Assembly: GCA_963766715.1 (NCBI GenBank)
Contig: CAVYBH010000008.1
Coordinates: 160,001-224,000, forward strand
DNA length: 64,000 nucleotides
Origin: an uncultured delta proteobacterium
GTDB lineage: Bacteria; Myxococcota; Myxococcia; Myxococcales; Anaeromyxobacteraceae
Direction: 5' to 3'
Shown here: piece by piece, positions 52,257 through 64,000 of the stretch
Layout of the letters: each line of letters opens with the position of its first letter
Numbering within the stretch: position 1 is the first letter of the stretch
The notes under the pieces: model-generated
Database searches by the model: none
The model's input: the letters and a program-made list of their open reading frames with translations, nothing else
Told to the model about the DNA's origin: nothing
Program-made: the position numbers and the translations under genes

Positions 52257-53315
52257 ATGTGGAACCGGAACGAATTCACCCGGAGGCTGGGCGTCGAGTG
52301 GCCCATCCTGCAGGCCCCGATGGCCGGCGGCATCTCGACGCCGGCGCTGGCGGCGGCCGTGTCGAACGCCGGCGGGCTGGGCGCCTTCGCGGTGGGCGCG
52401 CTGCCCCCGGACGCGGTGCAGCGACGGGATCCGCGAGATCCGCCGGCTCACCTCCCGCCCCTTCGCGGTGAACTTCTTCACGCCGGACGGACCGGTCGCG
52501 ACCCCGACCGAGGCCGAGCGGGACGCGGCCGTGGCGGCGCTGCGCCCCTTCCGCGAGGAGGTCGGCCTGGGGGCGCCTGCGCGCCCGCCCCCCTTCCCCG
52601 GCTGGAGGACCAGGTCGAGGCCGCGCTGTCGGAAGGGTTCGCCGTCTTCTCCTGCACGTTCGGCATCCCGGCGGCCGGGCTGCTCGAGCGCGTCCGCGGC
52701 GCGGGAGCGCTCCTCGTCGGCACGGCGACCACGCCCGCGGAGGCGGCGGCGCTCGAGGCGGCCGGGTTCGACGCGGTGGTGGCCCAGGGCGCCGAGGCCG
52801 GGGGCCACCGGGGGACCTTCGCCGGGGCGCCGGAGCGGGCGCTCATCGGGACGATCGCGCTCGTCCCGCGGGTGGCGTCCCGCGTGCGGATCCCGGTGGT
52901 CGCCGCCGGCGGGATCGCGGACGGACGCGGCGTCGCGGCCGTGCTCGCGCTGGGAGCCCGCGCCGCCCAGCTCGGCACGGCCTTCCTCGCCTGCACGGAG
53001 AGCGGGGCCTCCGCCGCCTACCGCGCCGCCGTGACCGCTCCCCACGACGTCGACCGCACCGCGCTCACCGTCGCCTTCTCCGGCCGCATGGCCCGAGGCC
53101 TTCGCAACCGGTTCGTCGACGGCATGGCGGGGAAGCCGGTGCTCCCCTTCCCCCTCCAGAACGCCCTCACCCAGGACATGCGCGCCGCCGCCGCCCGGGC
53201 GGGCGACGCGGGACTGCTCTCCGCCTGGGCCGGGCAGGGCCTGGCGCCGCGATCCGGCGTCTCCGGCGGCGGAGGTGGTGGCGGCGATCGTCCGGGAGGC
53301 CGGGGCCGCGCTTGA
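52257..53315 (+). CDS. Nitronate monooxygenase family flavoprotein (frameshifted)
   Basis: PILQAPMAGG, QGAEAGGHRG, AAGGIADG, QLGTAFL, FSGRMARG, WAGQ. Confidence 0.9.
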   Translation: MWNRNEFTRRLGVEWPILQAPMAGGISTPALAAAVSNAGGLGAFAVGALPPDAVQRRDPRDPPAHLPPLRGELLHAGRTGRDPDRGRAGRGRGGAAPLPRGGRPGGACAPAPLPRLEDQVEAALSEGFAVFSCTFGIPAAGLLERVRGAGALLVGTATTPAEAAALEAAGFDAVVAQGAEAGGHRGTFAGAPERALIGTIALVPRVASRVRIPVVAAGGIADGRGVAAVLALGARAAQLGTAFLACTESGASAAYRAAVTAPHDVDRTALTVAFSGRMARGLRNRFVDGMAGKPVLPFPLQNALTQDMRAAAARAGDAGLLSAWAGQGLAPRSGVSGGGGGGGDRPGGRGRA

Positions 53316-53351
53316 CGCGCTCCGGTAGGCGGGCGATTCCTCTTGCCGCCC

Positions 53352-55659
53352 ATGGACGAGACACGGGACGCGGCCGACCAATCCGGACGTCGCTTCCACC
53401 TGCGCGGGACCGTGCAGGGGGTGGGCATGCGCCCGTTCGTCTGGCGGGTGGCCCGCGACTGCGGCGTGGGCGGGCGGGTCCGCAACGGGACGAGCGGGGT
53501 CACGGTGGAGGCCTTCGGCCCGGCGGCCGCGCTCGGCCGGCTTCGAGGCCCGCCTCCGCACCGAGGGGCCGCCGTCGGCGCGGGTGGTCTCGTTCCAGGT
53601 GGAGGAGATCCCGGCCGAGGAGGGGCGCGACTTCGTCATCGAGGCGAGCCAGGGCGCCGACGAGCGGCGCGTCACCATCCCTCCCGACCTCTCCACCTGC
53701 GCGTCGTGCCTGGCCGAGGTGCTCGACCCGGCCGATCGCCGGTTCCACTATCCGTTCACGAACTGCACCGACTGCGGGCCGCGCTTCACCATCGTGCGCG
53801 ACGTCCCCTACGACCGCGCGGCCACGACCATGGCCCCGTTCCGGATGTGCCCCGCCTGCGAGCGCGAGTACGGCTCGCCGGCCGACCGCCGCTTCCACGC
53901 CGAGCCGAACGCCTGCCCGGCCTGCGGACCGAGGGTCGCCCTGCGGGGGCGGGACGGCGCCCGGGTGGAGAGCCGGGACCCGATCGCCGACGCCGGCGCG
54001 GCGCTCGCGGCCGGCTCCATCGCGGCGGTGAAGGGGATCGGCGGCTTCCACCTGGCCTGCGACGCGACCTCCGACGAGGCGGTGCGCCGGCTGCGGGAGC
54101 GCAAGCGGCGCGAGGAGAAGCCGCTCGCGGTCATGGTCCGGGACCTGGAGGAGGCCGGCCGGCTGGCCCACCTCTCCGGAGAGGAGCGGGCGCTGCTCTC
54201 CTCCCCGGAGCGGCCGGTGGTGCTGGTCCGGCGGCGGGCCGGAGCGGGGCTCGCGGCCGGGATCGCGCCCGACGCGCCCACCGTGGGGCTGCTCCTCCCC
54301 TACTCCCCGCTCCATCACCTCCTGCTGGCCGCGGCGGGGCGTCCGCTGGTGATGACCTCCGGAAACCTCTCGGAGGAGCCCATCGCCTACCGGGACGAGG
54401 ACGCCCTGGCGCGCCTCTCCGGGATCGCCGACCTGTTCCTCGTCCACGACCGGGAGATCGAGGCCCGCGCCGACGACTCGGTGGCGCGGATCGTGGCCGG
54501 GCGGCCGCTCGTCATGCGCCGGGCCCGCGGGTTCGTGCCCCGCCCGGTGCTCGTGGCGCACCCGTTCCGCCGCCCGGTGCTGGCCTGTGGCGCCCACCTC
54601 AAGAACGCCTTCTGCCTCGCCGCCGGGGGCGAGGCCACGCTCGGCCCCCACGTCGGCGACCTGGAGAACCTCGAGACCCTCCGGTCCTTCGAGGAATCGG
54701 TGGCGCGGCTCGAGCGCTTCCTGCGGCTGCGCCCCGAGATCCTCGCCCACGACCTGCATCCGGACTACCTCTCGACCCGGTACGCGCGCTCGCGATCGCG
54801 CGCCGAGGGGATCCCCTCCGTCGCCGTGCAGCACCACCACGCGCACGCGGTGGCGGCCATGGCCGAGCACGGGCTCGAGGGACCGGTGCTGGCGCTCACC
54901 TGGGACGGCTCCGGCCTGGGCACCGACGGCACGGCCTGGGGCGGCGAGCTCCTGCTGGCCTGGCGCGATCGCTTCGAGCGGCTCGCCACCTTCCGCCCCA
55001 TCCCGCTCCCCGGCGGCGACCGGGCGGTGCGGGAGCCGTGGCGGGTGGCGCTCGCGGTGCTCGACGAGGCGTTCGACGGCGAGGCGCCGCTCGCGGCCTT
55101 CCCCGCGCTCTCGGCGGTCCCGGCCACCGACCGGGAGACCGTCCGGCGCATGATCGCAGCCGGGCTCAACTCGCCGCCGGCGCACGGGGCCGGCCGCCTC
55201 TTCGACGCCGTGGGCGCGATCGTCCTCGGCCGGGGCCTCTCGCGCCACGAGGGGCAGGTGGCCATCGCGCTCGACGCCGCCGCGGACGAGGGGGCGAGCG
55301 GCCGCCTTCCCTTCTCCCTCGACACCACCCCCACTCCCTGGCAGCTCGACTGGCGGCCGCTGGTGCGGGCCGTGGCCGACGAGACGGCCGGCGGCTCGGG
55401 CCCGGGCGCCGTCTCCATGCGCTTCCACCGGGCGCTGGCCGCGGCCGGCGCGGAGCTGGTCCGGATGGGGGCCGGCCTCCACGGACGGTTGCCGGTGGTG
55501 CTCGCCGGAGGGGTCTTCCAGAACGCCCGCCTCGCCGAGATCTTGCTGGGCGAGCTCTCGGGCCGTTTCGATGTATACCTCCCCGGTCAGGTACCCCCTG
55601 GGGATGGAGGAATCGCCCTCGGCCAGGCGGTCGTGGCGTCCGCGACCTCGGAAACCTGA
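53352..55659 (+). CDS. hypF: Carbamoyltransferase HypF (frameshift near 53540)
   Basis: GTVQGVGMRPFV, two zinc-finger CxxC pairs, KGIGGFHL, HDLHPDY, QHHHAH, PGDGGIALGQ. Confidence 0.95.
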
Positions 55660-55675
55660 CAGGAGAAGATCTTCC

Positions 55676-55984
55676 ATGTGCCTCGGTGTTCCCGGAAAAG
55701 TCCTGTCCATCTCCGACGACGGCCTGTCCGCCCAGGTGGACTTCTTCGGCGTGCAGAAGGAACTGCGCCTCGACATCGTCGACGTGCCGGTCACGGTCGG
55801 CGACTACGTGCTGAACCACGTGGGCTTCGCCATCCGCCGCATCCCGCCCGAGGAGGTCGGCGTGACCCTCGAGCTCTTCGACCAGATCCTGAAGGAGGCC
55901 GCGGCCGACGACCTGATGGCCGAGGACGTCCGCGGCGAGATGGCCGCGGGCAAGCCCGCCAGCGGCGAGAACGGCCGTGGCTAG
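55676..55984 (+). CDS. hypC: Hydrogenase maturation chaperone HypC
   Basis: MCLGVPG, VGDYVLNHVGFAI. Confidence 0.95.
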   Translation: MCLGVPGKVLSISDDGLSAQVDFFGVQKELRLDIVDVPVTVGDYVLNHVGFAIRRIPPEEVGVTLELFDQILKEAAADDLMAEDVRGEMAAGKPASGENGRG

Positions 55985-57107
55985 CCTCTTCGACGAGCTG
56001 AAGTTCCGCGACCCGGCCCGGGCCCGGGCGCTCGCCGAGGCCCTGCAGCGCGAGGTCGATGCGGCCGGCCGCACCATCTCGCTCATGCACGTGTGCGGCA
56101 GCCACGAGCAGGCCATCGCGCGGTTCGGCCTGCGGGCCGTCTTCCCCCGGGCGCTCGACGTGATCATGGGACCGGGCTGCCCGGTCTGCGTGACCGACAC
56201 CCCCGAGGTCGACGAGGCCGTCGCGCTGGCCGCCCAGGGCGCCCGCGTCTGCACCTACGGCGACATGCTGCGCCTGCCCGGGACGGTGAAGTCGCTCGCC
56301 GACGCGCAGTCCGACGGCGGCAACGTCGAGGTGGTCTACAGCGTGGCCCAGGCGGTCGACCTGGCCCGCCAGCGCCCCGCCGAGCAGGTGGTCTTCTTCG
56401 CGAGCGGCTTCGAGACCACCGCCGTCGCCACGGCCGCGGTCCTCCTCTCCGGCGTCCCCGAGAACTTCTCCGTCCTCTCGTCCCACAAGTACGTCCCGGC
56501 CGCGATGGACGTGGTGAGCGAGATGAAGGAGACGAACATCGAGGGCTTCATCGCCGCCGGCCACGCCGCGACCATCACCGGCTGGGGGATCTTCGAGCCC
56601 TTCGCCGCGCGCACCAACACCCCGGTGGTGGTGGCCGGCTTCGAGCCGCTCGACGTGCTGGCCGCCGTGCTGGAGCTGGTCCGGCTGGTCCGGGCCGGGC
56701 GCCCCGAGGTGATGAACTGCTACCCCCGGTGCGTCTCGAAGGAGGGCAACGGGCCGGCCCTCGAGAAGCTCTGGAAGGTGTTCGACGTGGTCGCGGGCAA
56801 CTGGCGGGGCATCGCGCGCGTGCCGCGCGGGAACCTCGAGCTCAAGCCCGAGTGGGACCACCTGAACGCGCGCCGGCGCTTCGACATCGACATCGCGTCG
56901 GTGGGCGGCGAGACCCGCAACGTGCTCGCCGAGCACTGCATCTGCGGCTCGATCATGTCGGGGCTCGCCAAGCCGTCCGACTGCAGCCTCTTCGGCAAGC
57001 AGTGCCGCCCGGAGTCGCCGGTGGGAGCCTGCATGGTCTCCTCCGAGGGCTCCTGCAAGATCTGGCACGTCTACGGCGGCCCCCCCGACCTGAAGGAGGT
57101 CGCCTGA
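55977..57107 (+). CDS. hypD: Hydrogenase formation protein HypD
   Basis: HVCGSHE, GPGCPVC, GFETT, C-terminal Cys cluster with PVGACMVSSEGSC. Confidence 0.95.
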   Translation: MASLFDELKFRDPARARALAEALQREVDAAGRTISLMHVCGSHEQAIARFGLRAVFPRALDVIMGPGCPVCVTDTPEVDEAVALAAQGARVCTYGDMLRLPGTVKSLADAQSDGGNVEVVYSVAQAVDLARQRPAEQVVFFASGFETTAVATAAVLLSGVPENFSVLSSHKYVPAAMDVVSEMKETNIEGFIAAGHAATITGWGIFEPFAARTNTPVVVAGFEPLDVLAAVLELVRLVRAGRPEVMNCYPRCVSKEGNGPALEKLWKVFDVVAGNWRGIARVPRGNLELKPEWDHLNARRRFDIDIASVGGETRNVLAEHCICGSIMSGLAKPSDCSLFGKQCRPESPVGACMVSSEGSCKIWHVYGGPPDLKEVA

Positions 57108-58123
57108 TGTCCGGCGGCAAGGTGGCTCTCAAGCACGGCGCGGGCGGTCGCGCCATGCGCACGCTCATCGAGGAGGTGTTCCTCGGGCTGGCCTCGCCGG
57201 TGGACGGCATCGGCCTCGCTGCGCTCGACGACGGCGCGGCCATCCGGATGGGCGATCGGTGGCTGGTCATCACCACCGACTCCCACGTGGTCCACCCCAT
57301 CTTCTTCCCGGGCGGCGACATCGGCCGCCTGGCGGTGTGCGGCACGGTGAACGACCTCGCCATGATGGGCGCCACCGAGCCGGTCGCGCTGACCTGCGCG
57401 GTGATCCTCGAGGAAGGCTTCCCTCGCGACGACCTCGAGCGGATCCGCGACTCCATGCTGCTCGCCAGCCAGGAGGCCGGCGCCCCCATCGTCACCGGCG
57501 ACACCAAGGTGATGGGGCACGGCGAGATCGACGGGATCGTGCTCAACACGGCCGGCGTGGCCATCGCCGACCGGGTGGTCACCGACGCCGGGCTGCGCGT
57601 GGGCGACCGGATCATCGTCACCGGCTCCGTGGGCGACCACGGGATGGCGGTGATGGTGCGCCGCCACGCGCTCGGCATCCAGGGCGACCTGCGCAGCGAC
57701 GTGGCCCCCATCAACGGGCTCATCCGCGCCGCGCTCCGGGCCGGCGGCGACGGGGTCGTCGCCATGAAGGATCCCACCCGCGGCGGGCTCGCGTCGGTGC
57801 TCCACGAGATGGCCGGGAAGGCCCGCGTCGGCGTGCTGCTCGACGAGACCGCGGTCCCGGTCAACCCGGAGGTGCGGGCCGTCAGCGAGGTGCTGGGCAT
57901 CGACCCGCTCGTGGTGGCGAACGAGGGCAAGGCCGTCATCGGCGTGCGCCCGGAGGTGGCCGATCGCGTGCTGGCCGCGCTGCGCGCCCACCCGCTGGGG
58001 CTGCGCGCCGCCATCGTCGGGACCGCCATCTCCGACCGGCCCGGGCAGGTCATCCTCGACACCGGATTCGGGCGCCGGCTGCTCGCCGAGCCGGACGGCG
58101 AGCCCCTTCCCCGGATCTGCTGA
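57107..58123 (+). CDS. hypE: Carbamoyl dehydratase HypE
   Basis: HGAGG, TTDSHVV.PIFFPGGDIG, GDTKV, DPTRGG, C-terminal PRIC. Confidence 0.96.
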   Translation: MSGGKVALKHGAGGRAMRTLIEEVFLGLASPVDGIGLAALDDGAAIRMGDRWLVITTDSHVVHPIFFPGGDIGRLAVCGTVNDLAMMGATEPVALTCAVILEEGFPRDDLERIRDSMLLASQEAGAPIVTGDTKVMGHGEIDGIVLNTAGVAIADRVVTDAGLRVGDRIIVTGSVGDHGMAVMVRRHALGIQGDLRSDVAPINGLIRAALRAGGDGVVAMKDPTRGGLASVLHEMAGKARVGVLLDETAVPVNPEVRAVSEVLGIDPLVVANEGKAVIGVRPEVADRVLAALRAHPLGLRAAIVGTAISDRPGQVILDTGFGRRLLAEPDGEPLPRIC

Positions 58124-58131
58124 GGCGACCC

Positions 58132-58476
58132 TTGCACGAGTACTCGCTGGTGCAGTCGCTCGTCACGCGCGTGGAGTCGCTGGCCGGGGCCCGCAAGGCC
58201 ACCGCCATCCACCGCCTGGTGGTCTCGGTGGGTGAGCTCGCCGGGCTCGACCCGGAGCTCTTCCAGACCGCCTACGACACCTTCCGCGCGGGAACGATCT
58301 GCGAGCGCGCGACGATGGAGCTGAAGCGGGTTCCCGCGGCCTGGGCCTGCCCGGGCTGCGGGCGGGTGATCCCGAAGGGCGAGGTGCTCACCTGCCCGGA
58401 CTGCGCGCTCCCGGCGAAGCTCTCCGCCGGGGCGGACGAGATCCTGCTGGAGACGGTCGAGATGGAGGTGCCCTGA
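58132..58476 (+). CDS. hypA: Nickel metallochaperone HypA (absent from the ORF track, TTG start)
   Basis: Manual translation MHEYSLVQSL..VGELAG..CPGC..CPDC..EILLETVEMEVP. Confidence 0.93.
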   Translation: MHEYSLVQSLVTRVESLAGARKATAIHRLVVSVGELAGLDPELFQTAYDTFRAGTICERATMELKRVPAAWACPGCGRVIPKGEVLTCPDCALPAKLSAGADEILLETVEMEVP

Positions 58477-59384
58477 TGTGCACGACCTGTGGTTGCGGCG
58501 ACACGAGCCTGGTGCCGGTGGACGTCCACGAGAAGATCCTGGCCGGCAACGACCGGGTGGCCCGGCACAACCGGGAGCACTTCGGCGCGGCCGGCGTGCT
58601 GGCCATCAACCTCATGGGGTCGCCGGGCGCCGGGAAGACCGCGCTCCTCGAGGCGACCTCGAAGGCCGCCGGCGGCCGCTGGCGCCTCGGCGCCGTCTCC
58701 GGGGACCTCGCCACGGACAACGACGCGCGCCGGCTCGAGAAGGCCGGGATCCCGTCGAAGGCCATCACCACCGGGCAGGGCTGCCACCTCGACGCCGAGC
58801 TGGTGCACAACTCGCTCCACGGCTTCGCCTGGAAGGACCTCGACGTCTTCTTCATCGAGAACGTGGGGAACCTGGTCTGCCCGGCCGTGTACGACCTGGG
58901 GCAGGCCGCCAACGTCGTCGCCCTCTCGGTGACCGAGGGCGAGGACAAGCCGCTCAAGTACCCGGTCATGTTCAAGGGCGCCGACCTGGTCCTCCTCACC
59001 AAGTGCGATCTGCTGCCCCACCTGGAGGTCGACGTCCCGGCCATCCTGGACGGCCTGCGCCGGGTGATGCCGCGCCCGGAGGTGATCCAGGTCTCGGCCC
59101 GCACCGGGGACGGCATGGACGCCTGGGTCCGCTGGCTCGAGGCCCGCCGGGCCGGCCTGCCGCGCGCCAGCGGCGTCGCCGCGCACGTCCACGCCCACGA
59201 GCACGTCCACCAGCACGCCCACGCCCACGAGCACCGGCACGCCGACGGCACGGTCCACGCCCACGATCACGGGCACGAGCACGCCCACGGCCACCTGCAC
59301 GCCCCCGGGTCCGAGGAGGACCACGGTCACGGCGGCGCGGACCACGCCCACGGCACGGGCAGCGGGCACGACCACCGGCACTGA
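58476..59384 (+). CDS. hypB: Nickel GTPase HypB with C-terminal His-rich tail
   Basis: MCTTCGC, GSPGAGKT, CHLDA, ENVGNLVCP, EGEDKPLKYP. Confidence 0.95.
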   Translation: MCTTCGCGDTSLVPVDVHEKILAGNDRVARHNREHFGAAGVLAINLMGSPGAGKTALLEATSKAAGGRWRLGAVSGDLATDNDARRLEKAGIPSKAITTGQGCHLDAELVHNSLHGFAWKDLDVFFIENVGNLVCPAVYDLGQAANVVALSVTEGEDKPLKYPVMFKGADLVLLTKCDLLPHLEVDVPAILDGLRRVMPRPEVIQVSARTGDGMDAWVRWLEARRAGLPRASGVAAHVHAHEHVHQHAHAHEHRHADGTVHAHDHGHEHAHGHLHAPGSEEDHGHGGADHAHGTGSGHDHRH

Positions 59385-59396
59385 CGCCGGGCCCGC

Positions 59397-60188
59397 CTAC
59401 GCGGCCGGCAGGCGGGACTCCCAGCCCAGGGCGGCGCGCTCGGCGGCGAGCTCCTGCTCCGCCGCGGCGATGCGCTCGCGCACCGTCGCCATGAGCTTCA
59501 CCACGTCGGCGCCGGTCATCCCCTTCGTCTCGACGGGCTCGAGGACGCGGATGAGCACCAGCGTGGGGCGGATCCAGGGGCTCCCCTTGGGCATGCCGAA
59601 GGCCGATCCGGTGACGGCCACCGGCAGGATCGGCACCTGCGCCTCGATGGCCAGCCGGAACGCGCCCGGCTTGAAGGCGCCCATCTTCCCGTCGCGGCTG
59701 CGCGTGCCCTCCGGGAAGATCATGACCGGCATCCCGTGGTCCAGGTACCAGCGCGCCTTCTGGAGCGCCGCCCCACCGCTCTCCCGGTCGCCCCGGAGGA
59801 CCGGGATGTCGCCGGAGAGGCGGAAGAACAGGCCGAAGAAGGGCATCTTGAAGACCTCTTCCTTGGCGATCCACTTCATCTCGCGCTTCTGGCGCGACAT
59901 GGCGAAGATGTCGAGGAACGACTGGTGGTTCGAGACCGCCACGTACGCGCCCTTCCTCGGCTGCTCCCCCTCGATGCGCACGTGCCAGAAGGGGAAGATG
60001 TAGGTCGAGCTGGATCCGATGCGCCGCAGGAAGAGGCCCGGGATGCGCCGGGTCTTGTCGAAGGGGAGCGTGACCGCGACGAGCAGCAGCATCACGGGCA
60101 TCGAGAGGACGATGACGAGGACCGTGAGCACGTAGGACACGGCCGCGAGGACGTTGACGACGAGCTGGGGGACGCGAGGCGGGCGCAC
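59397..60188 (-). CDS. plsC: 1-acyl-sn-glycerol-3-phosphate acyltransferase
   Basis: NHQSFLD, FPEGTRS, FKPGAF. Confidence 0.9.
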   Translation of the reverse strand: MRPPRVPQLVVNVLAAVSYVLTVLVIVLSMPVMLLLVAVTLPFDKTRRIPGLFLRRIGSSSTYIFPFWHVRIEGEQPRKGAYVAVSNHQSFLDIFAMSRQKREMKWIAKEEVFKMPFFGLFFRLSGDIPVLRGDRESGGAALQKARWYLDHGMPVMIFPEGTRSRDGKMGAFKPGAFRLAIEAQVPILPVAVTGSAFGMPKGSPWIRPTLVLIRVLEPVETKGMTGADVVKLMATVRERIAAAEQELAAERAALGWESRLPAA

Positions 60189-60225
60189 GATCGGTTTCTA
60201 CCATTTCCCTCTACAATCCCGCACC

Positions 60226-61131
60226 GTGCCCGAGCTTCCGGACGTCGAGGTCTATGTCGAGGCGCTGCGCGACCGCGTGGTCGGCGAGCCCCTCGCGCGG
60301 ATCCGGCTCGGAAGCCCCTTCCTCCTGCGCACCGTCGAGCCCCCGCTCTCGGCCTTCGAGGGAAAGCGGGTGACCGCGGTCTCCCGGCTCGGCAAGCGGG
60401 TCGTCCTCGAGCTCGAGGGAGACCTGTTCCTCGCCATCCACCTCATGATCGCGGGCCGGCTCCACTGGAAGGCCCCGGGCGCGAAGCTCCCGGGCCGGGC
60501 CGGGCTGGCGGCCCTCGACTTCCCGGCCGGGACCCTCACCCTCACCGAGGCGGGGACGAAGCGGCGGGCAGCCCTCCACGCGGCGGCCGGCCGGGCGGCG
60601 CTGGCCGCCCTCGACCGCGGCGGGATCGAGCCGCTCCGCGCCACGCCGGAGGCCTTCCGCGATGCGCTCCGGAGGGAGAACCACACCCTCAAGCGGGCGC
60701 TCACCGATCCCCGCCTCCTCGCCGGCATCGGGGGCGCCTACGCCGACGAGATCCTCCACCGGGCCTGCCTCTCCCCCCTGCAGCTCACCTCGCGCCTCGA
60801 CGACGGCGAGGTGGAGCGACTGCGGCTCGCCACCTGCTCCGTCCTCTCGGAGTGGACGGAGCGGCTGCGCCGGGAGGCCGGCGGCGAGTTCCCGGAGGGG
60901 GTGACGGCCTTCCGCGAGGGGATGGCGGTCCACGGGCGCCACCGGCAGCCCTGCCCGGCGTGCGGCACGGCGGTGCAGCGGATCGTGCACGCCGCGAACG
61001 AGACCGACTACTGCCCGCGCTGCCAGACCGGCGGCCGGATCCTCTCCGACCGGTCGCTCGCCCGGCTGCTCAAGGACGACTGGCCGAGGACCGTGGAGGA
61101 GATGGAGGCGCTCGAGGAGCGCCGGAGGTGA
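60226..61131 (+). CDS. Fpg/Nei family DNA glycosylase
   Basis: GTG start then PELPDVE, RLGKR, HLMIAG, GIGGAYADE, zinc finger CPAC..CPRCQ. Confidence 0.92.
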   Translation: MPELPDVEVYVEALRDRVVGEPLARIRLGSPFLLRTVEPPLSAFEGKRVTAVSRLGKRVVLELEGDLFLAIHLMIAGRLHWKAPGAKLPGRAGLAALDFPAGTLTLTEAGTKRRAALHAAAGRAALAALDRGGIEPLRATPEAFRDALRRENHTLKRALTDPRLLAGIGGAYADEILHRACLSPLQLTSRLDDGEVERLRLATCSVLSEWTERLRREAGGEFPEGVTAFREGMAVHGRHRQPCPACGTAVQRIVHAANETDYCPRCQTGGRILSDRSLARLLKDDWPRTVEEMEALEERRR

Positions 61132-61135
61132 CGGC

Positions 61136-62325
61136 TCAGCCGACGCGGCCCGCCCGCGCGGCGATGACCTTCCGGTAGAGCTCGACCAGCCGGTCCGCCG
61201 AGACCTCGACCCGGTAGCGCTGCGCGGCCTCGCGGTAGTCGACGCGGGCGCGGGCGAGGCCGGCCGGGTCCTCGATCCACCGATCGATCCGGGCGGTGAG
61301 CTCCTCGCGGCTCCCGGTCTGGAAGAGGAACTCGTCGGAGAGGGCGAACTGCGACGTCGCGCTGAGCGGCGAGCGGGCGATCACGCACGGCAGGCCGCAG
61401 GACATGGCCTCCAGCACCGACATGCATTCGACCTCGACGTCGGCGGCGTGCACGCAGAGGTCGGCGCCGCCGTAGTAGCGGATGAGCTCGTGGGGCTTCA
61501 GCCAGCGGAACACCGGCGCATTCGTGAGGATCTTGCCCTGCGCCTCGAGCATGAGCCTTCCGGGGACCGTCGCCGAGGATGACGAGCTGGATCTCCTTCT
61601 CGTGCCGGGACTGGCGGATGGCCTCGATGAGCAGGTCGTGCCGCTTCTCCTTGGCGAGCCGTCCCACCGACAGGATCGTGAACTTTCCCTCGAACCGCTC
61701 GCACTCCTCGGGCGGCAGGGGCCGGTACTCGGGGGGCACGCCGTTCGAGATCACCTCGGTGGGGGCGCGCAGCCCGTGGCGCCGCAGCTCGGCCTCGGCG
61801 AAGGCGCTCGGGCAGAGGACCGCGTCGGATCGGTCGTAGGTGGTGCGCAGGAAGAAGCGGTAGACCCAGTCGACGGCCGTCTGGCTGCGGATGCCCACGT
61901 TGTGGAGCAGGTGCTCGGCCTGGACGTGGAAGGTGGAGACCACCGGCACCCCGGCCGCGTGGGCCACGCCGATGGCGCGGATCCCCAGCCAGAAGGGGAA
62001 CTGGTTGTGGACCACGTCCTGGCGCCCGAGGGCCTCCTGGAGGATGCGCCGGTCCGGCCAGGCGAAGGGCAGCCGCATCTTCTCCATGATGTTGCCCGGG
62101 GTGGGGATCACGAAGGACTTGAGCGGGATCTTGCCCGGCGCCGGCACGCCGGTGGCGAGCACCTCGACGGTCGTGGCCGCGGGCCCGGAGCAGCTCGGTG
62201 AACCGGCGGGTGGAGACGACCGCGCCATTGTTGGCGTCGTCCCACGCGTCGATGACCATCGCGATCCGGAGCGGCCGCGCGTCGGCGGCGGGGGCGACCG
62301 GTGTGGCGTCAGGGGGCTGTGTCAC
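61136..62325 (-). CDS. GT4 family glycosyltransferase (frameshifts near 62170 and 61555)
   Basis: NNGAVVST, TFHVQAE, ISNG, VGRLAKEK, EVECMSVLEAMSCG. Confidence 0.88.
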
Positions 62326-62543
62326 GGCGCGCAATCTACCCCGGACCCCGCGCCCGGCCGGCGGAATTCCGGGGAGAACCGCGGGCGGATCCCGGCGCTC
62401 GCGTGCGGCCCGTACTCCGCCGGTCCGGCTGGGCAAAGCCGGGCTTTACATCTTTTACATTGGTGCGTCGCGTCATTTTCTTTCGTTGACAAGCCCGTAG
62501 AATCAGGGTTCTGTGCTGCCTCCACAAAACAGAGGGAGTACCG

Positions 62544-64000
<1,457 letters not shown>

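Noticed and set aside
59184..59381. CAC-rich repeats as a CRISPR array or satellite
   Set aside because: They are the coding sequence of the HypB His-rich tail, with no repeat-spacer structure

Overview
High-GC (visually >70%) bacterial chromosome segment. Gene content and protein style suggest Myxococcota, probably Anaeromyxobacter-like (inference, no search run). Roughly half of the genes are broken by single-base indels, including housekeeping genes (argJ, pfk, hypF, ccoI). This looks like uncorrected long-read error rather than real pseudogenisation, so I reconstructed genes across frames and boundaries near breaks are approximate. Contents in order: MRJP/Yellow-like protein; small c-type cytochrome; M1 aminopeptidase plus membrane partner; pirin; an ECF sigma / anti-sigma / periplasmic sensor / Cys-repeat protein module preceded by a stand-alone IS5 N-terminal domain; RND efflux operon; PFK; acyl-CoA synthetase; ATP-grasp plus esterase pair; nucleoside porin with two NCS2 permeases; a shortened ATP-grasp-like protein; LppP/META protein; argJ; Mla/Pqi-type MCE operon; S46 peptidase; a beta-barrel / GDPD-like lipoprotein / beta-barrel operon; a cbb3 oxidase locus with rearranged CcoO/CcoP and an FNR-like box; M49 peptidase; hypFCDEAB without hydrogenase genes; plsC, Fpg/Nei, GT4 and the start of maeB. 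I saw no rRNA, tRNA, CRISPR array or intact mobile element. The most unusual observations are the near-absolute C-ending codon usage of the nucleoside porin gene, the orphan IS5 N-terminal domain between the ECF module and the RND operon, the ECF-linked Cys-repeat protein, and the barrel-GDPD-barrel operon.
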